From: a virus
Taxonomy: Duplodnaviria; Caudoviricetes
Virus record (IMG/VR): IMGVR_UViG_3300021400_001319
Coordinates: 13,098 to 77,097 of that record
Direction: 5' to 3' (one strand)
DNA length: 64,000 nucleotides
Of this stretch, positions 48,345-57,927 are shown piece by piece. Below the pieces are notes generated by a model. That model saw only the letters and a program-made list of their open reading frames with translations, did not search any database and was not told the origin of the DNA. Made by a program: the position numbers and the translations under genes. Position 1 is the stretch's first letter. Each line of letters opens with the position of its first letter.

Positions 48345-50255
48345 TTATATCTCAGCTACTTCAATAAGCTTCACATGTTTTTCTTTTTGCGTTGCTAGGA
48401 TTTCCCTTACTCTGTTTTCAGGCAATACTGTAATGCCTCTTCTTAGCAATTTACCTGTATATCTATCTTTAAACTCTTGGACAACATTAACTGTTAAACA
48501 TGGTGTTTCCTTTACCTCTTGCCTTATAGGCGCTGGAGCACCAAGAAGCTTTTTCCATTGGTTGACTATGGCTTTGTTGTCGTATCTAAAAGTGAATTTT
48601 GGAATAGTCAATATCTTTCTTACATCAAATTTCATGTCGTATGGTATTACATACCCGTGGACACCATCTTGAAATCCCTCTTCAAACAATGATGGAAAAG
48701 GAGTAGCAAGGACAGGAGTGTTAAGATTAAGAGCTTCTAATACAGACATTGAATATGCTTCGGCATCTGATAGCTGAACAAGATAATCCGCTTTTTGAAT
48801 AAAGCTCTGTATGTTAGCTCTTGGCCCCATATTTATAAAATTTTCCGGGGGATTAGGTAATGCTTTATCTGAGAAGTTAAGCCACACAAAAGGAATATTT
48901 TTTTCATTAAGCATCTTAGCCAAAGTTCTTATCCTTTGGTCGTTTTTACCTTTATCACTTACACCCATTCGTGTTGCTGATACCAACAATAACTCTTTGG
49001 CTTCAGGATAAGACATGTTATGAATAACAATACCATTCTTAGCCTTTTCTCCCCATGAAGACTTAGAAGCCTGAGATACATTCACCAAAAAGTCAACGTT
49101 ATCAGGGTTGAGATCAATTACTTTCTGCTTACATGCATGGCAAACTTGAACGGACTTTTTATACATAACATTTTTAGGGATACTATCTGTGAGTCTATTT
49201 AAAATAATAGTGTCACATGAGATAGGCTGGTTTGGGTCATTCTTCATAACACGAACTATTTTTCTTAGTCGATTACACTGCATAGGATCAAATCTGTCAT
49301 ACAATACCAATATGTCATAATAATCCTTTAAGTGCTGGCACGTGTTATAAAGAAATGTCGATATACCACCTATCATATTTGCAAATTCACAATAAAATAT
49401 TACTTGTGCTTTAATCGGGATTGCCATTCGTATAAATCTATTGTAAGGTTCTCCCCTTAAATAATGCCCCCAAATACTTATTGGTTTAGATATTTGGCAG
49501 TATCTACGCAATTCGGGAAGATCATTCTGCTCAGTAAGCAACCATACCTCATTGGTTTCATCCTCTTTACGTATCTCATCAATGAGCCACCGCATATTTT
49601 CTGTGACGTGTTTATAATAGTAAACGACTCGCTTGGTTTTCATTAAGCCTTTCTTAAAGCGCTTTATCTTTGAATTTGTCACAGCGGTACGATAATAATA
49701 CATGTAGTCTGATATAATCGCCCTCGTGAACTTATTTGTTGGATCAAGATAACCTATTCGCCTTGAAAAGTCTTCATCCTCAGTTGAATCTTTTTTTTCA
49801 TTAAAGCGCGTATTACCAATAAAGGAACGCTTAAATGCCCTTGTACATACTGATGGGTTGGTCAGTCTGTCAGTTGGCTTATTTAATTTCTTATTGTGTT
49901 GAGTCCCTTCGGTAGAAGAAAGTGATTTCCATGAAAATTCAATGACATCGGGGTTAGTTCTGGCAGCCTCTAAAAGCTTTCTAACAAAATAGTTGGGGAC
50001 TAAATCATCAGCATCTATAAATGAGATGTATTCACCAACTGCATTATCAAGGCCAACATTTCTAGCTGTAGAACACCCACCATTTTCCTTGCGGAATACT
50101 TTGCACCACTTATATTTAGTTTTAAATGGTTTTTCACTTCCGTCATCAACAAGTATACACTCGATATTATCCGTCATCTGCGGAGATAAAACATCCAGGA
50201 GTTCATCAGTATATTCTTTTGCATTATAATAAGGGATTATTATTGACAGTTTCAT
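48345..50255 (-). CDS. two-domain glycosyltransferase (N-terminal GT2/GT-A, C-terminal GT-B/GT4-like)
   Basis: LSIIIPYYN...ILVDDGS...NGGCSTARNVGL...FIDADD; C-terminal LVQLSDAEAYSMSVLEALNLNTPVL. Confidence 0.88.
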   Translation of the reverse strand: MKLSIIIPYYNAKEYTDELLDVLSPQMTDNIECILVDDGSEKPFKTKYKWCKVFRKENGGCSTARNVGLDNAVGEYISFIDADDLVPNYFVRKLLEAARTNPDVIEFSWKSLSSTEGTQHNKKLNKPTDRLTNPSVCTRAFKRSFIGNTRFNEKKDSTEDEDFSRRIGYLDPTNKFTRAIISDYMYYYRTAVTNSKIKRFKKGLMKTKRVVYYYKHVTENMRWLIDEIRKEDETNEVWLLTEQNDLPELRRYCQISKPISIWGHYLRGEPYNRFIRMAIPIKAQVIFYCEFANMIGGISTFLYNTCQHLKDYYDILVLYDRFDPMQCNRLRKIVRVMKNDPNQPISCDTIILNRLTDSIPKNVMYKKSVQVCHACKQKVIDLNPDNVDFLVNVSQASKSSWGEKAKNGIVIHNMSYPEAKELLLVSATRMGVSDKGKNDQRIRTLAKMLNEKNIPFVWLNFSDKALPNPPENFINMGPRANIQSFIQKADYLVQLSDAEAYSMSVLEALNLNTPVLATPFPSLFEEGFQDGVHGYVIPYDMKFDVRKILTIPKFTFRYDNKAIVNQWKKLLGAPAPIRQEVKETPCLTVNVVQEFKDRYTGKLLRRGITVLPENRVREILATQKEKHVKLIEVAEI

Positions 50256-50402
50256 GTGTTTTTCCTTTTGCTCTTATGCTACAATCTTATTGGTGCTACC
50301 TAAACGGTGGCGGTTGGTCCTCTAGGAACTATTAACCTTGATTATCCCTGCGGTAGGGAGGAATCGCTATGGGGAAAATAAATCTGAAGGGACTGATGCG
50401 CA

Positions 50403-50489
50403 ATGACTATTTTAGAATTTGCTGCTTTGATCACGCTTCTTTTCGGAGCGTTCGGCATCGGATATAAACTAGGTAAGAACGCAAAATAA
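50403..50489 (+). CDS. putative type I toxin (28 aa)
   Basis: MTILEFAALITLLFGAFGIGYKLGKNAK*; mRNA 5'/3' pairing GGTGCTACC/GGTAGCACC and CGGTTGGTCCTC/GAGGACTAACCG; extended -10 TGcTACAAT at 50277-50285. Confidence 0.7.
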   Translation: MTILEFAALITLLFGAFGIGYKLGKNAK

Positions 50490-50575
50490 CCGCCTACCCT
50501 CAGAAAGTTAGCGGTCATTTTACGTTAATAAAAGCTGAGGACTAACCGTTGCTGTACGGGTAGCACCTTTTTGTA
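50483..50575 (-). ncRNA. putative antitoxin RNA (~90 nt)
   Basis: TTGACT(50610-05)-N17-TAGTAT(50587-82); terminator AAAATGACCGC...GCGGTTATTTT at the toxin stop. Ends are approximate. Confidence 0.55.
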
Positions 50576-50621
50576 TTTATTATACTATATGTTTCACACG
50601 ACATAGTCAATACATAAGGTG

Positions 50622-51056
50622 TTAATCAGTGCAAGTGATAGTTATCTCAGTTCGAGGATTATCCTTGTCATATCCGGTACACAATTCTAAAGATTTCAAG
50701 TGTTCACCGTCATCATCCACAATTAGACCAGCCTCTGTCATACCGTCCAGTATAAACTTAGGCACCATGTTGTCGGGATCTATTCGCCTTTTTGTAGGCA
50801 TATATGTTGTGAAAGTCATACTAAAGGTATTGAGCCTTAAGTTTGACAATTGGTTTTCTTCTATAATCCATTTAATGAAATCTTTCCACCTCTGCTTAAG
50901 TTCATTCATTTGAGGTCTTTTCATTACAAACCAAGTATTGATAGAAGGGTGGTATGGATGCTCAATCGGTTTTTTACGTGCCTTTGTATGTTCTTGGAAA
51001 TACTTTTCTGCATATCTGTTTATGTCCGACTGAGTAATTACAATCTTATATTCCAT
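50622..51056 (-). CDS. RusA-like Holliday junction resolvase
   Basis: RRIDPDNMVPKFILDGMTEAGLIVDDD...PRTEITI. Confidence 0.8.
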   Translation of the reverse strand: MEYKIVITQSDINRYAEKYFQEHTKARKKPIEHPYHPSINTWFVMKRPQMNELKQRWKDFIKWIIEENQLSNLRLNTFSMTFTTYMPTKRRIDPDNMVPKFILDGMTEAGLIVDDDGEHLKSLELCTGYDKDNPRTEITITCTD

Positions 51057-51108
51057 TAAAGCTCCCCTCTTGAAATATCAAAGCGGCCTTTAACAGACCG
51101 CTTTACCA

Positions 51109-51321
51109 TCATTTTAATTTATACTGTCTATACAGTTCATACAGTTCCTTCGTATCCCGTTTTAAGAAAATCATTACAAGGTTTTCATTTTTTTCATACA
51201 TATCTACAGGATATGCTCCGTGCTTTATAAACAAAAATTGTTCATATCTGTCTACAATCCGCACTACTTCCTTTGTGTTATAGAACCTTGTTTGGAACGC
51301 AGGCTTTACCAATTCATTCAT
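51109..51321 (-). CDS. DUF5659-like small protein
   Basis: FIKHGAYPVDMY...IFLKRDTKELYELY. Confidence 0.6.
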   Translation of the reverse strand: MNELVKPAFQTRFYNTKEVVRIVDRYEQFLFIKHGAYPVDMYEKNENLVMIFLKRDTKELYELYRQYKLK

Positions 51322-51384
51322 TTATTTTCCTTTCAGTCCTAAAAAAAGAGGAAACAACCATATCTATACGGATGTTTCCTCTTT

Positions 51385-51828
51385 TCATAATTCTATATCC
51401 GTATTACGCTGCCTGAACTTCTTTTTGTTATTGCGATTCTTATAAGGAAGACCATGTTCATTATTGTCTTGTACTGCGTAGGGATTAAATGATGGCTGTT
51501 CAACTACAACCACTGGCTCTAACTGAGCTTCAGCTTGTGCTGGTTCTGTTATAACCATATCTGACGGTTTATATATTTCATCCAAAACAGATACAATGCC
51601 ACTGTTAAACTTTGAATAATCTTTTATATTATTCTCTTCAAGAACTTTCTTTACTTGTTCTGCTGTAGCCCTGCCAATGTTATAAGCAGCAACGATATTA
51701 AATACTGCGAGACATTCCTTAGTATCTGTAAGGTTTCGCCAAGCCTCATCGCTCTTAGCACCACAATGAGGACAGTACTCATATGCTTTGCCACAGCACT
51801 TACATATTCTTTTACTCTTGAGTGCCAT
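51385..51828 (-). CDS. Zn-finger hypothetical protein
   Basis: RICKCCGKAYEYCPHC; follows the major tail gene. Confidence 0.65.
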   Translation of the reverse strand: MALKSKRICKCCGKAYEYCPHCGAKSDEAWRNLTDTKECLAVFNIVAAYNIGRATAEQVKKVLEENNIKDYSKFNSGIVSVLDEIYKPSDMVITEPAQAEAQLEPVVVVEQPSFNPYAVQDNNEHGLPYKNRNNKKKFRQRNTDIEL

Positions 51829-51888
51829 ATCTTTTCCTTTCAACAAATAGGAGAGAGCCGAAGCTCCCTCCCGTAAATGGTTGCATTA

Positions 51889-52731
51889 TTAAGCACTAAC
51901 TGTTCCTGCTGAATATGGGAACTGTGTATCATATTCATCTGAATCTTCTGCAAGTGCAACATAGAACAGAAGCTGCTCTTTTCCGCAATAGTCCTTAAAG
52001 GCTGTTCCAGAGAAGGCCTGGGCTGATTCTGTATCAACGGTCCAATCAAAGTCAGGAGACATCTGGAAACGAGGGAATACAATGTAAAGAGCACGTACAG
52101 TTTCAGGATCGCAAACGTCTGAGCAGAGAACCCTGAAGGTCGCTTTGCACTCCTTAGGGAACTCAGAAGCAAACTGGTTAACTCTTACTGCAGTTTTACC
52201 TGTTGCAACCTGATAATCATATTTAACCTGGATTGTTGCAGTAGCATTAGTAGGAGCCGTAAGAGTAGTTACTCCATCAACAGTTGTGATTACATAGGTA
52301 TCATCTGCAGCTACAGCACCTGCTGTATACGGAGCATCAGTATTTGGAAGTCCATTTTCGTAAGTACCGTATACCATTACTGTACCTGGGATAGGTGTCT
52401 CCGGCAGAGTAATAGGTGACTCAGAAGCATTAAGCATAAGGATACGTGGAAGAACAACGTTATCATCCACAACCTTATTAGAACCAGTCTGAATAGACAT
52501 AAGGTTAAGTGAAAGAACTGCATTCTCACCAGTAACCTCAACTGACTTCGATGTGTAATATCTCTTAATAAGAGCACCCTGCGCGTCAGTCTTGTCCTTG
52601 GTCTCTGATGTTGTATTAACACCAAAGTTCTGAATCTGATCGAGGTGTGCAAGAAGATTAAGGTTCTTGTCCTCAAACCAGCCGTCATAAACTCTGTCGA
52701 TTACAAGCTTATCAAGATTTAATGTAGGCAT
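51889..52731 (-). CDS. major tail (tube) protein
   Basis: 280 aa, acidic and beta-rich; position after the tail terminator and chaperone genes. Confidence 0.75.
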   Translation of the reverse strand: MPTLNLDKLVIDRVYDGWFEDKNLNLLAHLDQIQNFGVNTTSETKDKTDAQGALIKRYYTSKSVEVTGENAVLSLNLMSIQTGSNKVVDDNVVLPRILMLNASESPITLPETPIPGTVMVYGTYENGLPNTDAPYTAGAVAADDTYVITTVDGVTTLTAPTNATATIQVKYDYQVATGKTAVRVNQFASEFPKECKATFRVLCSDVCDPETVRALYIVFPRFQMSPDFDWTVDTESAQAFSGTAFKDYCGKEQLLFYVALAEDSDEYDTQFPYSAGTVSA

Positions 52732-52767
52732 AATCTTTTTCTCCTTTCAAAAAAAGAAGAAGTATCA

Positions 52768-53556
52768 TCACTTCTTCTTTACTGTTTTGTTTATTAACTT
52801 TTTGCCTTTCGACTTATACTTCTCTTCAGAATATGTCCAATCAAATGCTTTGGACTCTATTCCAGAAGTATCCATAAATCCACTCATACTTCCTTGCACA
52901 AGAGCCATTGCTGACTTCTTACCGCATATCTGCGTAAACGACTTCATGAGCTGATATATGGTTATTTCATACACGGTTTTGTAAGTATATGAAAACTCCT
53001 CAGTATTCACCAAGGAGATAAGAATACCATCAAGCATTGATTCAGGCTCTTTGTTTTTATTTCTATCTCTCGCTCTACGATCATCCATAATAAGGAGTTT
53101 AGCAGTAGATTTGTTAGCAGCTTTCTTTCCAGAGTGATGAAAATTTACCATTTCTCTTACATAAGGAATAACTTCATTATAGACAGACTCATCGAAGATA
53201 TATCCATCAGATTCTCTGTATAATACATACTCCAATTCATCCTTGTCATTTATCCTCTTTTGAAGAATAAACTCAGAAAAATCGAAGTTGCCAAATATAA
53301 GATGAGTTGAATCCTTGTCCATCACTTGAATAACTGACAGAAAGTACTGCCAATCAGAGACCGTCATAAAATCAATACCCATATCATCAAACATTGCAGG
53401 CCTGTCATAAGCAGAAGAGCACATGCTCCAAAAGATTCCAAAGAATCTATCCTCATCAAAGTCAATGATTTCATTTATAGTCGGTTGTCTTAGGGTGATT
53501 TTTTCATTTATGACTATTGGGTCCCCCCGGAGAATTTTAGATTTATTAATTGCCAA
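52768..53556 (-). CDS. tail assembly chaperone-like protein
   Basis: EEFSYTYKTVYEITIYQL C-terminal motif; synteny. Confidence 0.55.
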   Translation of the reverse strand: MAINKSKILRGDPIVINEKITLRQPTINEIIDFDEDRFFGIFWSMCSSAYDRPAMFDDMGIDFMTVSDWQYFLSVIQVMDKDSTHLIFGNFDFSEFILQKRINDKDELEYVLYRESDGYIFDESVYNEVIPYVREMVNFHHSGKKAANKSTAKLLIMDDRRARDRNKNKEPESMLDGILISLVNTEEFSYTYKTVYEITIYQLMKSFTQICGKKSAMALVQGSMSGFMDTSGIESKAFDWTYSEEKYKSKGKKLINKTVKKK

Positions 53557-54106
53557 TTCTTAATCCTCCAGTTTTACCATAAAGCGAGTTAAGTGTTTGT
53601 TGTTCAAATATTAGCGTTCTGCATGCATAATCCGTATCAACAACACTTGGCTTGTCAGACATAAGCTTAAGTTGTGTTCCGAAGATGTTTGCACCCTGGA
53701 ACATATCAATTAGCACAGCAGAGATCAGATCGTGCCGAGCTGTGCTTGTATACTTTTCTGTTATGTCCGCCTGATGACAAAGAACATAGAATATTACTTG
53801 TTGGTATTTTATTACTGAATTGTACCTTGAAACTTCATCAAAGGACGTTTCAAAGCATATGAAGTTTTTCACCTCTGTCTGCGTAGGATGAATGAGATAG
53901 TAGGGCAGTATATTATTACCGAGGTATTCATCATTATCAACCTCAGCCTTTTCAAGCTCTTCATTATGGAGTAAATATATAATCTTATTATTACTAATAA
54001 GCATCTCCTTAATAACTTGTTTATACCGCACATCATCTTCATTAGGCACATTTCTATAGGCACGTAATTCAGCAATTTCGTTTTCATTTAATTTCAACGC
54101 AATCAC
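53546..54106 (-). CDS. tail terminator/completion protein (tentative)
   Basis: RHDLISAVLIDMF; synteny. Confidence 0.55.
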   Translation of the reverse strand: MIALKLNENEIAELRAYRNVPNEDDVRYKQVIKEMLISNNKIIYLLHNEELEKAEVDNDEYLGNNILPYYLIHPTQTEVKNFICFETSFDEVSRYNSVIKYQQVIFYVLCHQADITEKYTSTARHDLISAVLIDMFQGANIFGTQLKLMSDKPSVVDTDYACRTLIFEQQTLNSLYGKTGGLRIGN

Positions 54107-54110
54107 CTCC

Positions 54111-54742
54111 TTACAGTCCAGTTATACTGAGTTCCAAATTGTCTGATACTGTTCCTGCCGTGTATACAACGTCAAGTATCTTTCCAATATAGTCATCAGT
54201 TCCTATAAATCTAATAGACCTTTCATTCTTTGCCAGTCCATCGGTTATCTCTTCAACAAGTAGTGACACATCAGTGCCATCTACATAATAGTTCCAATTA
54301 CCGTCTTTAAACTCTGCAGGTTCCCCATTCTTAAAGAATTGAACAGACAAACGTTTGTAACCGCCATCTATTTTTATTCTCTTATTACCAACTACAGACA
54401 CTTCACAAGTAAGGTCCGTATAATCTGTTTGGTCTTTAGGGGTCAGCCCATCAACAAAGTAGTCAGCCCACATACCTATTACGTTTCCATCTGCGTCCTT
54501 CTCCACATAATCTTTATGAGGGTCAAATACATCTTGGGCAAAGGTAAGACCACATATACCTTTATTGGCTATGCGGTTAGGCTTTGTTATTACCCATACT
54601 CTTGGCTCGGTTAAAACACGATTGTCTATTATAAGACGCTGGTTGTAGAAGAGCTTCTCGGTTTCACGAGTCATTGGGAGCAAACACTTCTGTTGATCTT
54701 CTGGGGATTCTATGCGGTAGTCTACCCATACGCCCGAGTTGT
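54111..54742 (-). CDS. neck/head-closure protein, exon 2
   Basis: After splicing RSQNS-Y-NSGVWVDYRIESPEDQQKCLLPM..., in frame with the 54111-54683 ORF. Confidence 0.85.
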
Positions 54743-55985
54743 CATGAAGTTACTTTAACGGTTCGTTAGACCGCCAAAGAATTATTTATGTTGTAATAAG
54801 AAACATAACGATCATACTTACGTTGTAAATATATAGTTGCATCTTGGTAAATCCAATCAAGAAATGTCTTTGATATATTCCTGCCACCCAAAGTAAAAAC
54901 TTTTGTAATGCCATTATGACATGACGCATCGTATACATGACAATTGATACCAAGCTCAGATTCAACAACTTCTTTCATACCACAACAAAAATTTTCTGTT
55001 GCAGTGATAGTTAATGCTACAGCATGGTTGGTTGGACTTTTGCATTGCATATATACACTGCCATCACCATCATACACGCCTCGAATGAAGTGGGGGATAA
55101 GTGAACGCTCAAGGAAAGTAGGGAAAGTCGTTTTCAAACTTTTGTTTTTTACAACTCCTAATTCAGTAAGAACGTCACATATATGTTTACTAAACACAAG
55201 TAACCTATACTGATTTTTATACTTATAGCCAAAATCAGTTTTCTTTGAGTAATCCAGATATTCTAATGGCTTACTACTATCCATAAGAAGTCGTACTTGT
55301 TCAAGCAAATCCCTATCTTCCTCTTGAAGAGATATGGAAACCGTTGACTTATTAGGATTGTTGCTTCCGTCTGAATATAACAAACCTAATATATAAGCTT
55401 TTTCCTGAGTATCAACTACATCAAAGTAATTCTCGTTGACCTTATATTTCCTTACCATTTTAGCCTGGCTAACTTCTATATTGTTCCTATGAAGAACTTT
55501 CAATATAGGTTTATGAGTTGTGCCATAGCGTTTACCTATAGACACAGAAGATTCGCCGTTTTGGTACGAAACGATAATGTCAGTTTCTTGTTCCTGATTA
55601 AATACAATCTCATTATATGTATGATTACCATTCTTATGCATTGTTTATCTCCTCTAAAAATAAGCAATATAAAAAGACAGTAATCTTCGTGTTAGAGGCA
55701 CGAAGAAAGGGGAGCTACCCCTTGTCCTGTCTTTTTAACAACACAAATAATTTTTCTCTACCTCTCGGTAGAAGTTCAGGTCATATCAACACCATATCAT
55801 TTCTGACTTAGGTGGTTCCCATTACCTCACTTGAGGACTTGACCGTCGAACCTTCCCTTTCGGGCTTGGCTGCTGATTGTCTCTATCTATTAGATTTTTA
55901 CACTTTGGTACTAATAGCCTAACGAGAGTTTCCAGCAATTAGAGAACTTTCGACATATGGTTTCCCATATGAAGCGCACAAATTT
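54743..55985 (-). mobile_element. group I intron (1243 nt, IA2-like) with LAGLIDADG homing endonuclease
   Basis: 5' exon ends in U; IGS TTTGTGCG pairs with cgU (P1) and with 3' exon ACAA (P10); CTAATTGCTGGAAA and AATCAGCAGCCAAG (P4-P6); P7 GGTCA/TGACC; ends ...GTAACTTCATG. Confidence 0.92.
54766..55641 (-). CDS. intron-encoded LAGLIDADG homing endonuclease
   Basis: Two motifs, AYILGLLYSDGS and HFIRGVYDGDGS; N-terminal HTH; located in the P9 region. Confidence 0.9.
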   Translation of the reverse strand: MHKNGNHTYNEIVFNQEQETDIIVSYQNGESSVSIGKRYGTTHKPILKVLHRNNIEVSQAKMVRKYKVNENYFDVVDTQEKAYILGLLYSDGSNNPNKSTVSISLQEEDRDLLEQVRLLMDSSKPLEYLDYSKKTDFGYKYKNQYRLLVFSKHICDVLTELGVVKNKSLKTTFPTFLERSLIPHFIRGVYDGDGSVYMQCKSPTNHAVALTITATENFCCGMKEVVESELGINCHVYDASCHNGITKVFTLGGRNISKTFLDWIYQDATIYLQRKYDRYVSYYNINNSLAV

Positions 55986-56529
55986 ACGAATTCTGGCTCC
56001 TAAGGACTCCAGCCATCTGCATCTTTTTACCATCCATTATCCATTGAAAGACATAATCACACCTAAGAAGTTCAAAGTCAGAAAATTGAACATCATTATA
56101 ATCAGCCTGACTAACTACAAGCCAACGGTTATAATGGCCTTTGTTGTCTGGGATATCCAGATACATTCCTATTGGAAAGGTTGCTCCATACCTTTCTTTG
56201 AATTTCTCTTTGTAATAAGGGATTACATCTTCGGATTGTGATGGCCGAAGTTGCAAATGATAGCTTATGAAATCTTTCGAAAGAGTCTGTTTAGTATGTG
56301 CAATAAACTTAATGCTAATTGGAATTTTCTTTTCGTCTTGTTCTGGGTGCAAGTCATTCAACTGAGTGATATGATCATCATGATCAAAGTCATAGAAATA
56401 AGCAATTCGGGTATCAATATCATTGTCCCATGTTGCCTCCATAATCATGTCAGAGTCAGCCTTGTGATTCTGCCCCACGGTAAGACCACCGTTCATTTTT
56501 TTAAATGTTTCAAAGGAAGGCATGTTCAC
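55986..56529 (-). CDS. neck/head-closure protein, exon 1 (spliced product 391 aa)
   Basis: The apparent stop TAA at 55984-86 straddles the splice site. Confidence 0.85.
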
Positions 56530-56858
56530 ACCTCCTTTATACTTTCGACTTCTTTCCCAGCAGTAAGTACCAATCGCCTATAAACATGAAAGTCATAGTC
56601 ATCACCCTTTTGGTATTCCTTAAGGGCTGCCTTTAGTCTGCAGCTTATTGATACAACTTCCGCCGGATTGTTGAGAAGATCATTAAATCCCGCAAGCATT
56701 CGCAGCATGTCATCGAATGCCGCAGGGATATCAACATTTTTATATTGTTCTTGGGTTTTAGGATCCGCTATTATCAGCAGGAAGAAAATCTTCTTCTGTA
56801 ATAAATGCTTGATGTCTGCAACCTGATTTGGAGTAAACTCACCATATTCATAAACCAT
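56526..56858 (-). CDS. hypothetical head-tail region protein
   Basis: 110 aa; operon context. Confidence 0.6.
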   Translation of the reverse strand: MVYEYGEFTPNQVADIKHLLQKKIFFLLIIADPKTQEQYKNVDIPAAFDDMLRMLAGFNDLLNNPAEVVSISCRLKAALKEYQKGDDYDFHVYRRLVLTAGKEVESIKEV

Positions 56859-56860
56859 CG

Positions 56861-57319
56861 TTACCCCTCCACATAATCATTGTAGAATGAGCCACGAGTT
56901 AGGATATATGACTGCAAATCTTTTTCCATATCAGACTTCAAAGCACGAAGCTCAGAGATATGCGCAGATTGGCTAAAAAACTTACGAGTAGACCCCGTAA
57001 ACATTTGGGCTATATTTACCTTGGACTGTACCTGTGGGGCTATCCACTGTACAGCCATGGATTTTCCAAGCATTGTAGAAACAAAATCATTATCAGCCGC
57101 TTCATCAACAATTTTCTTCATGGCAAATGTCAGAATTTGTACATCATCATCCAAAGTGATAGAAGAGAAGAGTCTTCTTACGTATACCGCTGATACCGCT
57201 TTATGCAGATACTCAACCATGATTTCATTTGCTAAGCTTTCAGCCTGGCCTGCCAATACAGGATCAGTTATATTCCCAAGAAAATTAGAAAATATTACAT
57301 CATAAGATAGAGATGCCAT
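56861..57319 (-). CDS. head-tail connector/adaptor (tentative)
   Basis: MASLSYDVIFSNFL...FFSQSAHISELRAL; synteny. Confidence 0.6.
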   Translation of the reverse strand: MASLSYDVIFSNFLGNITDPVLAGQAESLANEIMVEYLHKAVSAVYVRRLFSSITLDDDVQILTFAMKKIVDEAADNDFVSTMLGKSMAVQWIAPQVQSKVNIAQMFTGSTRKFFSQSAHISELRALKSDMEKDLQSYILTRGSFYNDYVEG

Positions 57320-57334
57320 ATTACACCTCCGTCA

Positions 57335-57895
57335 TTATTCCTCTGAAAAAGCATCGAACTGTGTTCCCCAGAGTTTATCCAAAGCCTTGATTTTCTTAAC
57401 GCTGTCAAGAGAACCATTATCAATTGATGTAGCTGCAATTGTCTTCATGTTCTGTTGAGCGCCTTCAGGAAGTTTCTCAATAGTCTCGATCATTTCTGAT
57501 ACGGGCATTTCAAGAATCTTTCTCAAGTCTTTGGTTGAAAACTGTTTGGAGTAGAACTGGTCGAGCTGAGGTACTTCTTTGATAAAGTCCTTATCTTCGA
57601 TAACGAACCTTGGAGCAAAGACGTTAGGAGACTTCATCATGATAAGACCCTTAAGGTCTCTATACTCAATCTCCGTTACATCGCCGTAAGCAGCGAATGT
57701 ATACATCATGCCTGACTTAGGTCCATCTACAAACAGTGAACCAGGGGTCACACTTCTACAAAGGATACCGTCTGTTGATACAAAGGCCTTTCTCTTTTCA
57801 ACCTTTTCGGGTTTTTCAGCAAGTTCAATGCTTTCAGTAGCCTGCTCAACTGCGATATCCGGGATACTTTCTGTTTTTACATTACGTTTAGCCAT
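57335..57895 (-). CDS. hypothetical protein downstream of the capsid gene
   Basis: 186 aa; LDSVKKIKALDKLWG. Confidence 0.65.
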   Translation of the reverse strand: MAKRNVKTESIPDIAVEQATESIELAEKPEKVEKRKAFVSTDGILCRSVTPGSLFVDGPKSGMMYTFAAYGDVTEIEYRDLKGLIMMKSPNVFAPRFVIEDKDFIKEVPQLDQFYSKQFSTKDLRKILEMPVSEMIETIEKLPEGAQQNMKTIAATSIDNGSLDSVKKIKALDKLWGTQFDAFSEE

Positions 57896-57927
57896 ATTTT
57901 ATTTTCCTTTCATTCCGTGTTAATTTA

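Noticed and set aside
52768-53556. Programmed frameshift in the tail assembly chaperone
   Set aside because: No convincing slippery site with a downstream extension frame was identified by eye.
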